Assembly: GCA_965212615.1 (NCBI GenBank)
Contig: OZ243114.1
Location: forward strand, 3,287,745 to 3,351,744
Reading direction: 5' to 3'
From: Henriciella sp.
GTDB lineage: Bacteria > Pseudomonadota > Alphaproteobacteria > Caulobacterales > Hyphomonadaceae
DNA: 64,000 nucleotides
Part shown: one piece after another, positions 17,661-27,860 of the stretch
How positions within the stretch are numbered: position 1 is the stretch's first letter
Layout of the letters: the number at the start of each line of letters is the position of its first letter
Notes under the pieces: generated by a model
Seen by the model: only the letters and a program-made list of their open reading frames with translations
Told to the model about the DNA's origin: nothing
Databases searched by the model: none
Position numbers and translations under genes: made by a program

Positions 17661-18752
17661 ATGCGCGCCATTCTGTTCAGTTTTGCTGTGTTGACACTTG
17701 TTGGCTGCGGCGGGGGCGGCGGCGGGTCTGGCGCCAGCGGACCCAGTGCATCGCCGCCGCCGTCGCCGCCCCCGACCACATCGCAGCCTGATTTTTCAGC
17801 CGTAACCATGGAAGCAGATGCCTCAATTGCCGGTGATCTGGCGATTTTGATCGGTGACGAGACGGGGCTTTTGTTCAGTTATGAAAAAGGCAATTACCAG
17901 ACCGGCGATCAAGTCGCCATTGCCTCGGCGTCGAAGATGATTTTTGGCTTGCTGATATGGGACCTGATCGAGTCTGGTGACCTCAATCGCAGCGACACGC
18001 CGGACAGCTATATCGACTATTGGACAAATGTGACGGGCGATGCGCGCAGCGAAATCACGCTCGACCAATTGCTTGGATTTATCTCCGGGTTCAATCAGCC
18101 ACCGAGCAATCCCGGTTGTATCAGCGATGGCGCCATCTCCCTCTATGACTGTGTTGAGAACATCTATCTGGATGGTCTGGACACGCTTCCGGGCGATGCG
18201 TTCTATTATGGCCCGGAACACATGCAGGTGGCAGGCTTGATGGCGAGTTCGGCAACCGGACACACCATTGCAGAACTGATCGAGGCGCGTCTGTCTCAAC
18301 CCTTCGGCCTGACCCAGACTCTGTATCCGACCGCAGCTGGCGACAATCCGCGCTTTGCTGGTCAGATGCGCTCGTCTGCTGATGATGTGGCGCGTCTCCT
18401 GACCGCCATTCTGGCCCAAGACCTGGTCTCTGATCGCGACGGTTATCTCGAGGACCGAACCGCAGCTGTGACGTTTGGAAGCCGCCCTGGCGGACTCGAC
18501 GGCTTGGATTGGCATTATGGCTTCGGGTTCTGGAAAGAGTGTGATGACCTTTCCTACACCGCCGCGTGCGACGCCAATCCAGTCATCTCCTCACCCGGCG
18601 CGTTCGGGTTTACGCCATGGATCGATTTCACGCGCGGCTATTGGGGGATCATCGCGATCGAGGAAGCTTCAATCGGCGGCCGGCCTGCGTCTCAGGTCAG
18701 CGTCGAGCTGCAGCAGAACGTGCAGCCGATCATAGAAGCGGCGTTGGACTGA
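17661..18752 (+). CDS. Lipoprotein of the beta-lactamase / serine hydrolase family with a Gly6/Pro-rich linker
   Basis: The lipobox is LVGC, followed by GGGGGGSGASGPSASPPPSPPP. The S-x-x-K motif is SASK. The upstream in-frame extension was rejected. Confidence 0.75.
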   Translation: MRAILFSFAVLTLVGCGGGGGGSGASGPSASPPPSPPPTTSQPDFSAVTMEADASIAGDLAILIGDETGLLFSYEKGNYQTGDQVAIASASKMIFGLLIWDLIESGDLNRSDTPDSYIDYWTNVTGDARSEITLDQLLGFISGFNQPPSNPGCISDGAISLYDCVENIYLDGLDTLPGDAFYYGPEHMQVAGLMASSATGHTIAELIEARLSQPFGLTQTLYPTAAGDNPRFAGQMRSSADDVARLLTAILAQDLVSDRDGYLEDRTAAVTFGSRPGGLDGLDWHYGFGFWKECDDLSYTAACDANPVISSPGAFGFTPWIDFTRGYWGIIAIEEASIGGRPASQVSVELQQNVQPIIEAALD

Positions 18753-18983
18753 CCACGTGCGCGTGGCCTGATAATTCATCAGCAAGGCCGGACTTTATAG
18801 CCGGTTCACGCGGGCCCCAGAGCAGGCCTGCCTAAACAAGCCCCTAAACCTCGTATAGGCATGAGGTCGGTCATGAACGCATCAAACTCTTGGTCATTCG
18901 CGAAAATCACCCGAACGGGCGATCGCCACGGGCGGGGGATCCGGTCAGGCCAGAGGCCATGATTTGAACCGAAGGAGGCAAAC

Positions 18984-19505
18984 ATGTTTCGGATTATGCT
19001 GGTCTATGGCGCGATTGCAGGCGTCATCACAATTGCACTGATGTCGCTGGGCATGTGGCTCAGTGACGGCACCGGGTCGCAGCTGCAGGGCTATCTGACC
19101 ATGCTGGTTGTGCTGTCGCTGATCTTTGTCGGCATCAAGCGTTATCGCGACAAGGCGCTGGGCGGGGTGATCAAGTTCGCGCCCGCCTTCGGGCTCGGGA
19201 TTGGCATCGCCGCGGTCGCCGGCCTGTTCTATGTCTTGTCCTGGGAAGCCAGCTTGCAGCTGACCGATTTCGCCTGGATGGAAGATTACAAGCAGGGCGC
19301 GATCGCCGGTTATGAAGCCAAGGGCCTGACAGGCGAGGCCCTGGCCGAAAAAGTCGAGGCGCTGGAGGCGATGATGGTGAATTATCGCAATCCATTGGTC
19401 CGCCTGCCAATCACCTTTCTGGAAATCTTCCCCGTTGGGGTTCTGGTCGCTCTGATCAGCGCTGCCTTGCTGCGCAATCCGCAAGTCTTTCCTGCCAAGG
19501 CCTGA
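18984..19505 (+). CDS. DUF4199-family membrane protein
   Basis: 173 aa with four predicted TM segments. A GGAGG RBS precedes it. Confidence 0.6.
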   Translation: MFRIMLVYGAIAGVITIALMSLGMWLSDGTGSQLQGYLTMLVVLSLIFVGIKRYRDKALGGVIKFAPAFGLGIGIAAVAGLFYVLSWEASLQLTDFAWMEDYKQGAIAGYEAKGLTGEALAEKVEALEAMMVNYRNPLVRLPITFLEIFPVGVLVALISAALLRNPQVFPAKA

Positions 19506-19713
19506 GCCGTGATCACATTTTGTCATTTCCGCAGGCCCGCTGGCAGGAGGGGGCTTGCATTGTTGGGAATGCAATGGTTTTCGGAGCCCATTCACGTTCG
19601 TTACGCACAAGAAACGGATATGGGTCGATTGACAGGAGCAGGAATCGACCCATGTTCAGGCCGTTTGCCCGCTCGGCTGCGGTGGCGAACACGGCACATA
19701 GAGAGGATCAACC

Positions 19714-21177
19714 ATGGCTGCGCTGGACACACACTCAAAAATCGACCTGATCGGCTTCAACCTGAAAATGCTGGCAAAGGGGCAGAAACGCTCGCTTTTG
19801 ATCAGCGCCGGGGCGACGGCAGACAAGGAGTTTCTGCTTGAGGCCTGCCGCGATATGGCCGAGGTCGGCGTCGGTGTCTATGCGACCCCGGGCACGCACC
19901 GTTTCCTGGCCGAGAATGGCGTTGAGTCGATCGCCGCGCGCAAGATTTCCAGCGAAGAAGAGCCAAATATCAAGACCCTGATTCAGGATGGGAAAATCGA
20001 TTTTGTCGTCAATATCCTCACCGGCGACACCAGCTATGATGAAGCCTCTGACGCTGCCAGCATCCGCTCTCTCTCGGTCAAGCATGGCATCCCGCTCTAT
20101 ACTGACCGTTCCGTGGCCAAGCAGACGATTGAGCAAGTCCTCTCTGACCTTGAAGAAGGGACCTATTCTTATGCCATTCGCAGCGATGACCGGCCTTGGG
20201 ATTTGCGCCAGCGTTTCCTCGAACTGGTGCGTCAGCGCGGCGGCTGGTCGAACCATCACGGCCATTTCGACAAGGCCTATCTGATCTCGCCAGAAAATCT
20301 CGCCCTCGGCTTTGCCGATATGGAGAAGAAATGGGAGCTGTATCGCCACCTGAAAGAGAATTACACCCACGAAGACCTGGTCGAGCGCATTTCCCGCGCG
20401 CTGCAGACCGTGGTCGACCAGGGCTCGCAATATTGCCGTACCATGGTCGATGCTGACAGCATTATCGGCCTCAAGCCGATCCATGCTGCGGTGGAAGTGA
20501 AAGAGCGGTTCAAGGACAAGATCCGGTTCGAGATCGGCGTCCAGCCGCTCGAAGGCGTGCTCGATGAAGCCTCGCGCGAACAATATGTCGAAGCCTGCAA
20601 GCTGGCGGATTTCTGCGGCGGCCTGCCATCGCGCGATCGCCCGCAAGAGGAAAAGCATCTCGACATCGTCATGGAGACCGCCAAGGAGCTGAACAAGATG
20701 GTCGAAGTGCATGTCGACCAGGAGAACAACCCGTTCCAGCACGAGACCGAATTGCTCTGCCTGAAGACCATCGAGCATGGCATGCAGGGCCGCGTCTATG
20801 GCATCCATTCAATCTCGGTCTCGGCCAAGGATGAAAGCGAGCAGGACCGCATCGTGGCGCTGTGCAAGGAAGCAGATGTCGGTATCGTCATCTGCCCGTC
20901 AGCGGCGCTGTCGATGAAACAGCTGCCAATGCAAGGACCGCTGCACAATTCGATCGGGCCGTTTGTGAAGCTGAAAAATGCCGGTGTGCGCACCTATCTC
21001 GGCATCGACAATATTGCTGACCTGTTCATGCCCATCGTCGATGGCGACATGTGGACTGAAGTGCGCATGCTGATGGAAGCCTGCCGGCATTATGATCTCG
21101 ACCAGATTGCTGACTGGGCCTCAGAGCCGCCGCTGCACGTCCTCAATCAGCAGGCTGCGAAAGTCGCAGCGGAATAA
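19714..21177 (+). CDS. Fusion protein: N-terminal MGS-like (methylglyoxal synthase-like) domain plus C-terminal amidohydrolase-superfamily metal-dependent hydrolase
   Basis: The N-terminal region (GVGVYATPGTHRFLAENGV...IDFVVN) resembles the MGS-like domain of CarB/PurH. The HHGHFDK motif and later His/Asp residues resemble cytosine-deaminase-like amidohydrolases. Confidence 0.65.
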   Translation: MAALDTHSKIDLIGFNLKMLAKGQKRSLLISAGATADKEFLLEACRDMAEVGVGVYATPGTHRFLAENGVESIAARKISSEEEPNIKTLIQDGKIDFVVNILTGDTSYDEASDAASIRSLSVKHGIPLYTDRSVAKQTIEQVLSDLEEGTYSYAIRSDDRPWDLRQRFLELVRQRGGWSNHHGHFDKAYLISPENLALGFADMEKKWELYRHLKENYTHEDLVERISRALQTVVDQGSQYCRTMVDADSIIGLKPIHAAVEVKERFKDKIRFEIGVQPLEGVLDEASREQYVEACKLADFCGGLPSRDRPQEEKHLDIVMETAKELNKMVEVHVDQENNPFQHETELLCLKTIEHGMQGRVYGIHSISVSAKDESEQDRIVALCKEADVGIVICPSAALSMKQLPMQGPLHNSIGPFVKLKNAGVRTYLGIDNIADLFMPIVDGDMWTEVRMLMEACRHYDLDQIADWASEPPLHVLNQQAAKVAAE

Positions 21178-21239
21178 GCCGCCTGCGGCCAGACGAAGCA
21201 TTGGATTGCCGCGTCAGGTCTGACATATACACCCCAAAG

Positions 21240-21267
21240 AGGCGGACCAGAGCGGCCCGCCTTTTTG
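21240..21267 (+). terminator. Rho-independent terminator after the MGS/amidohydrolase gene
   Basis: AGGCGG...CCGCCT hairpin followed by TTTTTG. Confidence 0.5.
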
Positions 21268-21289
21268 TTCAACTGTTCATGGGACGGTG

Positions 21290-23266
21290 ATGCTCGCTGA
21301 GATTGGTCAAATCGCGCTTATCCTGGCGCTCTTCATCAGCGCGCTGCAGGCGTGGATGGGATTGCATGGCGCCCATATTGGCGACCGCCGGGCAATGCTG
21401 TTTGCTGAACGCGGCGCGATCGCCCAGGCCTTGCTCTGCGGGCTCGCCTTCGCCCTGCTGGCGCATGCTTTCATGGTCTCGGATTTCAGTGTCCAGCTGG
21501 TCACGGCGCATTCGCATACGAGTAAGCCGCTCATCTACAAGTTCAGCGGCACCTGGGGCAATCATGAAGGCTCGATGCTGCTCTGGGTGATGATCATGGC
21601 GCTGTTCGGCGCTGCCATGGTCTGGTTCGGCAAGACGCTGCCAGCCGGCCTGCGGGCGCGGGCGATTGGCGTCCAGGGGCTGACCACGACCGGTTTCCTG
21701 GCTTTTCTGATCTTCAGTTCCAATCCCTTCACCCGGATGACCCCGGTGCCGGACAATGGGGCTGGCCTGAACCCGCTCTTGCAGGACCCTGGCCTCGCCA
21801 TCCATCCGCCTTTTCTGTATCTCGGCTATGTCGGCTTTTCGGTCGCCTTCTCATTTGCCGTGGCGGCGCTGATTGAAGGCCGGGTCGATGCCATGTGGGC
21901 GCGCTGGGTGCGCCCCTGGGTGCTGCTGGCCTGGAGCTTCCTGACCATTGGCATCGTGCTCGGCAGTGTCTGGGCCTATTACGAACTTGGCTGGGGCGGC
22001 TGGTGGTTCTGGGACCCGGTCGAGAATGTCAGTTTCATGCCCTGGCTGGCTGGCACGGCGCTATTGCACTCGACTCTGGTGGCACAGGCGCGCGGCAGTT
22101 TCATTCGCTGGACGCTGCTACTGGCAATCACGACTTTCTCGCTCAGCCTGGTCGGTACCTTCATTGTCCGCTCCGGCGTGCTGACCAGCGTCCATGCCTT
22201 TGCCGTCGATCCGAGCCGCGGCATCTTCATCCTGGCCTTGCTGATCCTCGCCACCGGCGGGGCGCTGACCCTGTATGCGATCCGTTCCGGCAAGATCGCG
22301 CATGGCGCCGCGTTCGAGCTGGAAAGCCGCGAAAGCGGGCTGGTGCTGAACAATGTCCTGCTGGTCATCTCAACCGCGACCGTGTTTCTCGGCACCTTCT
22401 ATCCGCTGGTGATCGATGCCATGACGGGCGACAAGATCACGGTCGGGCCGCCATATTTCGAGCGCACCTTCGGACCGATCATGGCGGTGTTGATCCTGTT
22501 CATGGCAGTGGCGCCGTTGCTGAAATGGCGAGCTGACAGCTGGCGGCGGATCCAGAAAGCCCTGATCATTATGACCGCGGTGGCACTGCCGACCTGGCTC
22601 GCCGTCGCGCTGTTTGGAAAATCAGTGCTTGGCGGTCTCGGCATTGCGCTGGCCGCCTGGTTGGTGCTCGGCACCGGTATCAATTATGCCCGCAAGCTGC
22701 GCGTCGGTCAGGCCAAGAGCACGCGCGCCAATCTGCTCAAGCGGTTGGCGCTGCTGCCGGGCGCCGCGCATGGCTTCGCGCTGGCCCATATCGGGCTGGC
22801 TTTGTCGACCATTGGCATCGTTTCGATGGGCGTGTGGGCGGACGAGGCTGTGGATCGCCTGAAGCCCGGCGAAAGCGTTTCCGTGGCCGGCTACGAATTC
22901 CGTCTCGAACAGGTCCGCCAGGCCCAAGGGCCGAATTATGTCGCTGAGACCGGCCGCGTCGTCATCGAGCGCGATGGCCGCCGCATCGGCGTGCTGCATC
23001 CTGAGCAGCGCATGTATCCGGTCGAACGCAACAACACCACCGAAGGCGCGATGCAGGTCGGGGCGCTGCGCATTCTTTATGCTGCCAAAGGCGACGGAAA
23101 TCCTCAGGACGGCTGGGTGGTCAGCGTGTATTATCATCCAATGGTGATCTGGATCTGGATTGGCGCGCTGATGATGGCGGCAGGCGGCTTCGTGTCCGTG
23201 GCTGATCGCCGGCATGCCTTTTCGCGCCGCAAGGCGCCCGCGGCGTCAGCGGTTGCGGCGGAGTAG
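21290..23266 (+). CDS. ccmF: Cytochrome c-type biogenesis protein CcmF (heme lyase subunit)
   Basis: About 658 aa of polytopic membrane protein with full CcmF architecture, including the tryptophan-rich region. Confidence 0.9.
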   Translation: MLAEIGQIALILALFISALQAWMGLHGAHIGDRRAMLFAERGAIAQALLCGLAFALLAHAFMVSDFSVQLVTAHSHTSKPLIYKFSGTWGNHEGSMLLWVMIMALFGAAMVWFGKTLPAGLRARAIGVQGLTTTGFLAFLIFSSNPFTRMTPVPDNGAGLNPLLQDPGLAIHPPFLYLGYVGFSVAFSFAVAALIEGRVDAMWARWVRPWVLLAWSFLTIGIVLGSVWAYYELGWGGWWFWDPVENVSFMPWLAGTALLHSTLVAQARGSFIRWTLLLAITTFSLSLVGTFIVRSGVLTSVHAFAVDPSRGIFILALLILATGGALTLYAIRSGKIAHGAAFELESRESGLVLNNVLLVISTATVFLGTFYPLVIDAMTGDKITVGPPYFERTFGPIMAVLILFMAVAPLLKWRADSWRRIQKALIIMTAVALPTWLAVALFGKSVLGGLGIALAAWLVLGTGINYARKLRVGQAKSTRANLLKRLALLPGAAHGFALAHIGLALSTIGIVSMGVWADEAVDRLKPGESVSVAGYEFRLEQVRQAQGPNYVAETGRVVIERDGRRIGVLHPEQRMYPVERNNTTEGAMQVGALRILYAAKGDGNPQDGWVVSVYYHPMVIWIWIGALMMAAGGFVSVADRRHAFSRRKAPAASAVAAE

Positions 23267-23269
23267 AGC

Positions 23270-24253
23270 ATGAGCTGGACCCGTTTCATCCCGGCTGGCG
23301 CCTTTGTCATTCTGGTCGTGTTTCTGGGCATCGGCCTGACCCGCGATCCAAGCCTCATCCCGACCGAGATGATCGATCGCGACATGCCGGCATTCGAGCT
23401 CACCGAGCTGTATGATCAGAATGAGCGCGTCAGCGACCAGGACCTGATCGGCGAACCTGCTTTGGTCAATGTGTTTGGCTCCTGGTGCGTTGCCTGCCTG
23501 CAGGAACACCCGACTCTGATGCAGCTGAAGCAGGACGATACGGTGCGGATTGTCGGCGTGAACTGGCGTGATGACCGCGCCGACGCGATCAGTTGGCTGC
23601 AGCGCCATGGTGATCCTTATGACAGGATCATCTTTGATGGCGAGAGCGATCTGGCCATCGAGATCGGCGTTACGGGTGCGCCGGAAACCTTCATCATCGA
23701 TCGCGCTGGACGCATTCGTTACAAGCAGGTCGGACCGATCACGCCTGAGGTCTGGCGCGACACGATCCGTCCTGTCCTCGACGCTCTGGCGATGGAACAG
23801 GTGACGACGCCGAGGCCGGTCAGTGACGATGTTCCAGACGCTGTCAGTGACGGACAGGTGCTGACCGATCCGGAGCTGATCGCGCTGCGCACCGAGGCCG
23901 TGTCCAAGACCTTGCGCTGCGTCGTCTGCCAGAACCAGTCAATCTATGATTCCAACGCCCCGCTGGCCCAGGACATGCGGGCCCTGGTGCGCAAGCGCGT
24001 GATTGCTGGCGACAGCGACGAAGACGTGCGGGATTATCTGCGTTATCGCTATGGCGATTATGTTCTGATGAGCCCGCCGCTGCAGTGGAACACGCTGCTG
24101 CTATGGGGCGCGCCGCTGGGGCTGGTCCTGATCGGCCTGGTCTGGTTTGTCGCGCGCCGCCGCGGCGCCGCCACTGAGCCGGATGCGGCGATTTCCGATG
24201 CCGACCGCGCGCGCATCGCCGCCGCGCTCAATGATCCGGAGCGCGGCGCATGA
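23270..24253 (+). CDS. Fused CcmG (DsbE thioredoxin-like, WCVAC) and CcmH (LRCVVCQNQ) cytochrome c maturation protein
   Basis: A single 327-aa ORF. It has an N-terminal TM helix, then a thioredoxin fold with WCVAC, a linker, the CcmH motif LRCVVCQNQSIYDS and a C-terminal TM helix. Confidence 0.8.
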   Translation: MSWTRFIPAGAFVILVVFLGIGLTRDPSLIPTEMIDRDMPAFELTELYDQNERVSDQDLIGEPALVNVFGSWCVACLQEHPTLMQLKQDDTVRIVGVNWRDDRADAISWLQRHGDPYDRIIFDGESDLAIEIGVTGAPETFIIDRAGRIRYKQVGPITPEVWRDTIRPVLDALAMEQVTTPRPVSDDVPDAVSDGQVLTDPELIALRTEAVSKTLRCVVCQNQSIYDSNAPLAQDMRALVRKRVIAGDSDEDVRDYLRYRYGDYVLMSPPLQWNTLLLWGAPLGLVLIGLVWFVARRRGAATEPDAAISDADRARIAAALNDPERGA

Positions 24254-25140
24254 TCTGGCTCATCCTGCTATTGCTGTCCGGTCTTGTCGCAGTTTACCTG
24301 CTGCAACCCTATTTTACCCCGCGCCGCGCCGCTGGCGATGGCCGCCTGGCCGAAGCGCGGGCGCAGCGCGCCGCGATTGATCTTGATGAAGCTGAAGGTC
24401 GCTTGTCCGAAGATTCAGCCCATCAGGCGCGCGAAGCGCTGGACCGGCGCGTGCTGGAACTTCTGGATACCCAAGGCAAACCGGGCTTCACCCGCGATCT
24501 TCGCACCGCAGCTCTGTTCCTGGTGCCGGCCATCCTCGTGCTCGGAGCGGCCAGCATCTATGTCCGCATTGGCAGTCCGTCCTATGAGTATGTGACAGTG
24601 GCCGAATTCCGGGCGGCGCAAATGGCAGAGCTGCCGCAATCGCTGGAAGGTCTGGTGGTCGAGCTGCGCAATCGGCTCGAAGCGGATCCGAACCCGCCGG
24701 CCGACGGCTATGTCCTGCTGGCGCGATCCTATTTGCGCCTCGGCGAGGTCGAAGCCGGGCTTGGCGCTTATGAAACCGCGATTTCAATTTCCGGCGGCGA
24801 TCGCCAGATCGTCGAAGAGCGCGACCGCGTGATCGAAACGCTGCGCAATCGCAGCGCAGCGCCGCAGCTCGACCCCGACGCCGCGGCGCGCATTCAGGCC
24901 ATGTCGCCAGACGAGCAGGCTGCGATGATCCAGTCCATGGTGGCTGGGCTGGCCGCCCGACTGGAGGCCAATCCCGATGATGCCGAAGGCTGGGGCCGAT
25001 TGATCCGCGCCCGCATGGTGCTGGGCGAGGTCGACCAGGCCAGGCGCGACCTGCAAAGCGCCCAAAGCCAGTTTGCGGATCAGCCGGAAACGCTGGCCCG
25101 GTTCGAGCTTCTGGCCAGCGAACTGGCCGAGACAGAGTGA
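24250..25140 (+). CDS. ccmI: Cytochrome c-type biogenesis protein CcmI/CycH (TM anchor plus TPR repeats)
   Basis: N-terminal TM helix, then TPR-like helices. It overlaps the ccmGH stop by 4 nt and sits at the operon position expected for ccmI. Confidence 0.7.
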   Translation: MIWLILLLLSGLVAVYLLQPYFTPRRAAGDGRLAEARAQRAAIDLDEAEGRLSEDSAHQAREALDRRVLELLDTQGKPGFTRDLRTAALFLVPAILVLGAASIYVRIGSPSYEYVTVAEFRAAQMAELPQSLEGLVVELRNRLEADPNPPADGYVLLARSYLRLGEVEAGLGAYETAISISGGDRQIVEERDRVIETLRNRSAAPQLDPDAAARIQAMSPDEQAAMIQSMVAGLAARLEANPDDAEGWGRLIRARMVLGEVDQARRDLQSAQSQFADQPETLARFELLASELAETE

Positions 25141-25316
25141 TCTCGAACGCGTTCGAAGGATCCATCAGGACGACTTCAGACCGGTCCTGACGCTTCAGTC
25201 AGTTTACCCCGGGGGGCAGACAGTGCCAGACTGTGTGTCAGGATCTGCCGCGAAGGCATATTTGCCATTCGCCGGTTCCTGCCCCAGTTAAGGCTGAACC
25301 AAAACAGGAGAGAGTC

Positions 25317-26495
25317 ATGGCAACCGGCCGCGAATTTGACGTCATCGTTTATGGATCCACCGGCTATACCGGCCGCCTGGTGGCCGAATATCTGGCCAAG
25401 ACCTATGGGGTCGGCGGCGAGGTGACCTGGGCCATGGCCGGGCGCAGCGAAGCCAAGCTTGGTGCCGTGCGCGACGAGATTGGCGCCCCGGCCGACACGC
25501 CTTTTGTGGTCGCTGATGCGAATGACCCCGCCAGCCTCAAGGCCATGGCCGAGCGTGCCGGCTGCATCTGCACCACGGTCGGACCGTACCAGCTCTATGG
25601 CGAAGCCCTGGTTTCGGCCTGCGCCGATGCCGGGACCGATTATGTCGACCTGTGCGGCGAACCGGCCTGGATGCACCAGATGATCGAGAAATATGAAAGT
25701 GCGGCGCAGGCCAGCGGGGCGCGGATTGTGTTCTCGTGCGGGTTCGACTCGATCCCGTTCGATCTTGGCGTCTGGTTCACCCAGGAAGCCGCGAAAGCAC
25801 GGTTCGGCGCGCCCGTGCCGCGGATCAAGGGCCGGGTGCGCAAGATGCAGGGCACTTTTTCGGGCGGCACCGCAGCAAGTTTCAAGGCGACCATGGCGGC
25901 GGTCGGCCAGGATCCCGCCTTGCTCGGCGTGCTGCAGAATCCGTTCAGCCTGACCATGGGCTTCCAGGGCCCGGAACAGCCGCACGGCATGGCCCCGATC
26001 GAGGACACTGACATTGGCAGTTGGTCAGCGCCGTTCATCATGGCCTCGATCAATACCAAGAATGTACACCGCTCGAACGCCCTGATGGGGCACGCTTATG
26101 GCAAGGATTTTGTTTATGATGAAATGATGCTGACCGGCCCGGGTGAAGAGGGCAAGGCCATGGCCGAAGCGGTGGCGAGCATGGATATGATGGGCGGCGA
26201 TGATGGCCCCAAGCCAGGCGAAGGTCCAAGCAAGGAAGAACGCGAAGCCGGCTTCTATGATGTCATGTTCTACGGCACCGCTTCAGATGGCGGCGTGATT
26301 GTCGCCGGTGTCACGGGCGACAAGGATCCCGGCTATGGCTCGACCTCAAAGATGATTGCCGAGAGTGCCATCTGCCTGGTCAAGGATGAGACCGGCACGC
26401 CTGGCGGCATCTGGACCCCAGCCCCGGCCATGGGCGGCCATCTGGTCAAGCGCCTGACCGAAAAAGCCGGCCTGACCTTTGAGGTCGAGAATTAG
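25317..26495 (+). CDS. Saccharopine dehydrogenase-like NAD(P)-binding family protein
   Basis: MATGREFDVIVYGSTGYTGRL Rossmann start. A GGAGAGAG RBS precedes it. Confidence 0.7.
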   Translation: MATGREFDVIVYGSTGYTGRLVAEYLAKTYGVGGEVTWAMAGRSEAKLGAVRDEIGAPADTPFVVADANDPASLKAMAERAGCICTTVGPYQLYGEALVSACADAGTDYVDLCGEPAWMHQMIEKYESAAQASGARIVFSCGFDSIPFDLGVWFTQEAAKARFGAPVPRIKGRVRKMQGTFSGGTAASFKATMAAVGQDPALLGVLQNPFSLTMGFQGPEQPHGMAPIEDTDIGSWSAPFIMASINTKNVHRSNALMGHAYGKDFVYDEMMLTGPGEEGKAMAEAVASMDMMGGDDGPKPGEGPSKEEREAGFYDVMFYGTASDGGVIVAGVTGDKDPGYGSTSKMIAESAICLVKDETGTPGGIWTPAPAMGGHLVKRLTEKAGLTFEVEN

Positions 26496-26675
26496 CCAGA
26501 CGCGCTCGATCGGATTGGATGTGCTCAAACCGAAACTGTCGGCGCGGGAACCGAACGCGTCGCGCCTCGCGGCTGAGCCGGTTTCCGTTCTCCTGACGAG
26601 GGCCAGGATCGCTGGCGGTTGAGGACCGTTCAGCCAGCCGCCAGGGATGCTAATGTGCGTTGGCCAGGCGGATGA

Positions 26676-27860
26676 TCAGGGTTTCACCACGGTCACCTTG
26701 CCCGCCGCTCGCGCGGCTGTCTCGCGCGCCGCCTCGACCGTGTCAGCATGGGCGATGGCGACGCCCATGCGGCGGTTCACATAAGCGACCGGCTTGCCGA
26801 ACAGGCGCAGCTGCGTGCCTGGCTCTGCCAGCGCCTCTGCGACCTGTTCAAAGGCCACGCCTTCGGCATCGACGCCGCCATAAATCACGGCGCTGGCGCC
26901 TGGGCGCGAGAGGCGCGTATCAACCGGCAGGCCGAGAATGGCGCGCGCATGCAGGGCGAACTCGCTCTGCTCCTGGGTGGCCAGGGTGACCAGGCCAGTA
27001 TCATGCGGACGCGGACTGACTTCAGAGAACCAGACCGTGTCGCCTTTGACGAACAACTCGACCCCGAACACGCCATAGCCGCCAATATCGTCCGTGACCG
27101 TTCGGGCCATGGCCTGCGCGGATTGCAAGGCGGCGTCCGACATGGTCTGCGGTTGCCAGCTTTCGACATAATCGCCGCTATCCTGGCGATGACCGACCGG
27201 AGCGCAGAAATCCGTCCCGCCTATATGGCGGACCGTGAGCAGGGTGATTTCATAATCGAAATCCACCGCGCCTTCGACAATCACGCGGACCTGATTGCCG
27301 CGCCCGGCGCTCAAGGCATGCGTCCAGGCGGCAGCAATATCCGCGGCGCTGTCGACTTTCGACTGGCCTTTTCCTGAAGACGACATCACCGGTTTGACAA
27401 AAACCGGATAGCCGATCCGGTCGGCTTCGGCGGCAAGCGTCTCGGCATCGCTGGCAAAGGCGTAAGGACTGGTTTTCAGGCCCAGCGTCTCAGCCGCCAG
27501 GCGGCGAATGCCTTCGCGGTCCATGGTCAGCTGCGTGGCCCGCGCCGTCGGGATCACCGTGGCCAGACCCTCAGCCTCGATCGCGGCAAGTTCGTCAGTG
27601 GCAATGGCCTCGATTTCCGGCACGATCAGGTCTGGTTTCTCGGCTTCGATCACCGCCCGCAAGGCGGCCGCATCTGTCATGTCGAAGACATGGGCGCGAT
27701 GCGCAACCTGCATGCCGGGGGCGTTTTCATAACGGTCACAGGCGATCACTTCGACGCCGAATCGCTGCAGCTCGATGACGACTTCCTTGCCGAGCTCACC
27801 GGCGCCGAGGAACAGGACCTTGGTGGCGCTTGGCGAGAGCGGCGTTCCCAGTCGGGTCAT
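26676..27860 (-). CDS. purT: Formate-dependent phosphoribosylglycinamide formyltransferase (GAR transformylase 2)
   Basis: 394 aa with an ATP-grasp fold. The N-terminus ([14 protein letters not shown]) is typical of PurT. Confidence 0.9.
   Translation of the reverse strand: MTRLGTPLSPSATKVLFLGAGELGKEVVIELQRFGVEVIACDRYENAPGMQVAHRAHVFDMTDAAALRAVIEAEKPDLIVPEIEAIATDELAAIEAEGLATVIPTARATQLTMDREGIRRLAAETLGLKTSPYAFASDAETLAAEADRIGYPVFVKPVMSSSGKGQSKVDSAADIAAAWTHALSAGRGNQVRVIVEGAVDFDYEITLLTVRHIGGTDFCAPVGHRQDSGDYVESWQPQTMSDAALQSAQAMARTVTDDIGGYGVFGVELFVKGDTVWFSEVSPRPHDTGLVTLATQEQSEFALHARAILGLPVDTRLSRPGASAVIYGGVDAEGVAFEQVAEALAEPGTQLRLFGKPVAYVNRRMGVAIAHADTVEAARETAARAAGKVTVVKP

Noticed and set aside
19735-20808. 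357-aa minus-strand ORF, plus similar long antisense ORFs at 34352-35287, 45362-46270, 55565-56734 and 57291-58265
   Set aside because: Each is fully nested opposite a gene with strong family evidence and lacks an RBS or recognisable motifs. These are high-GC antisense artefacts.
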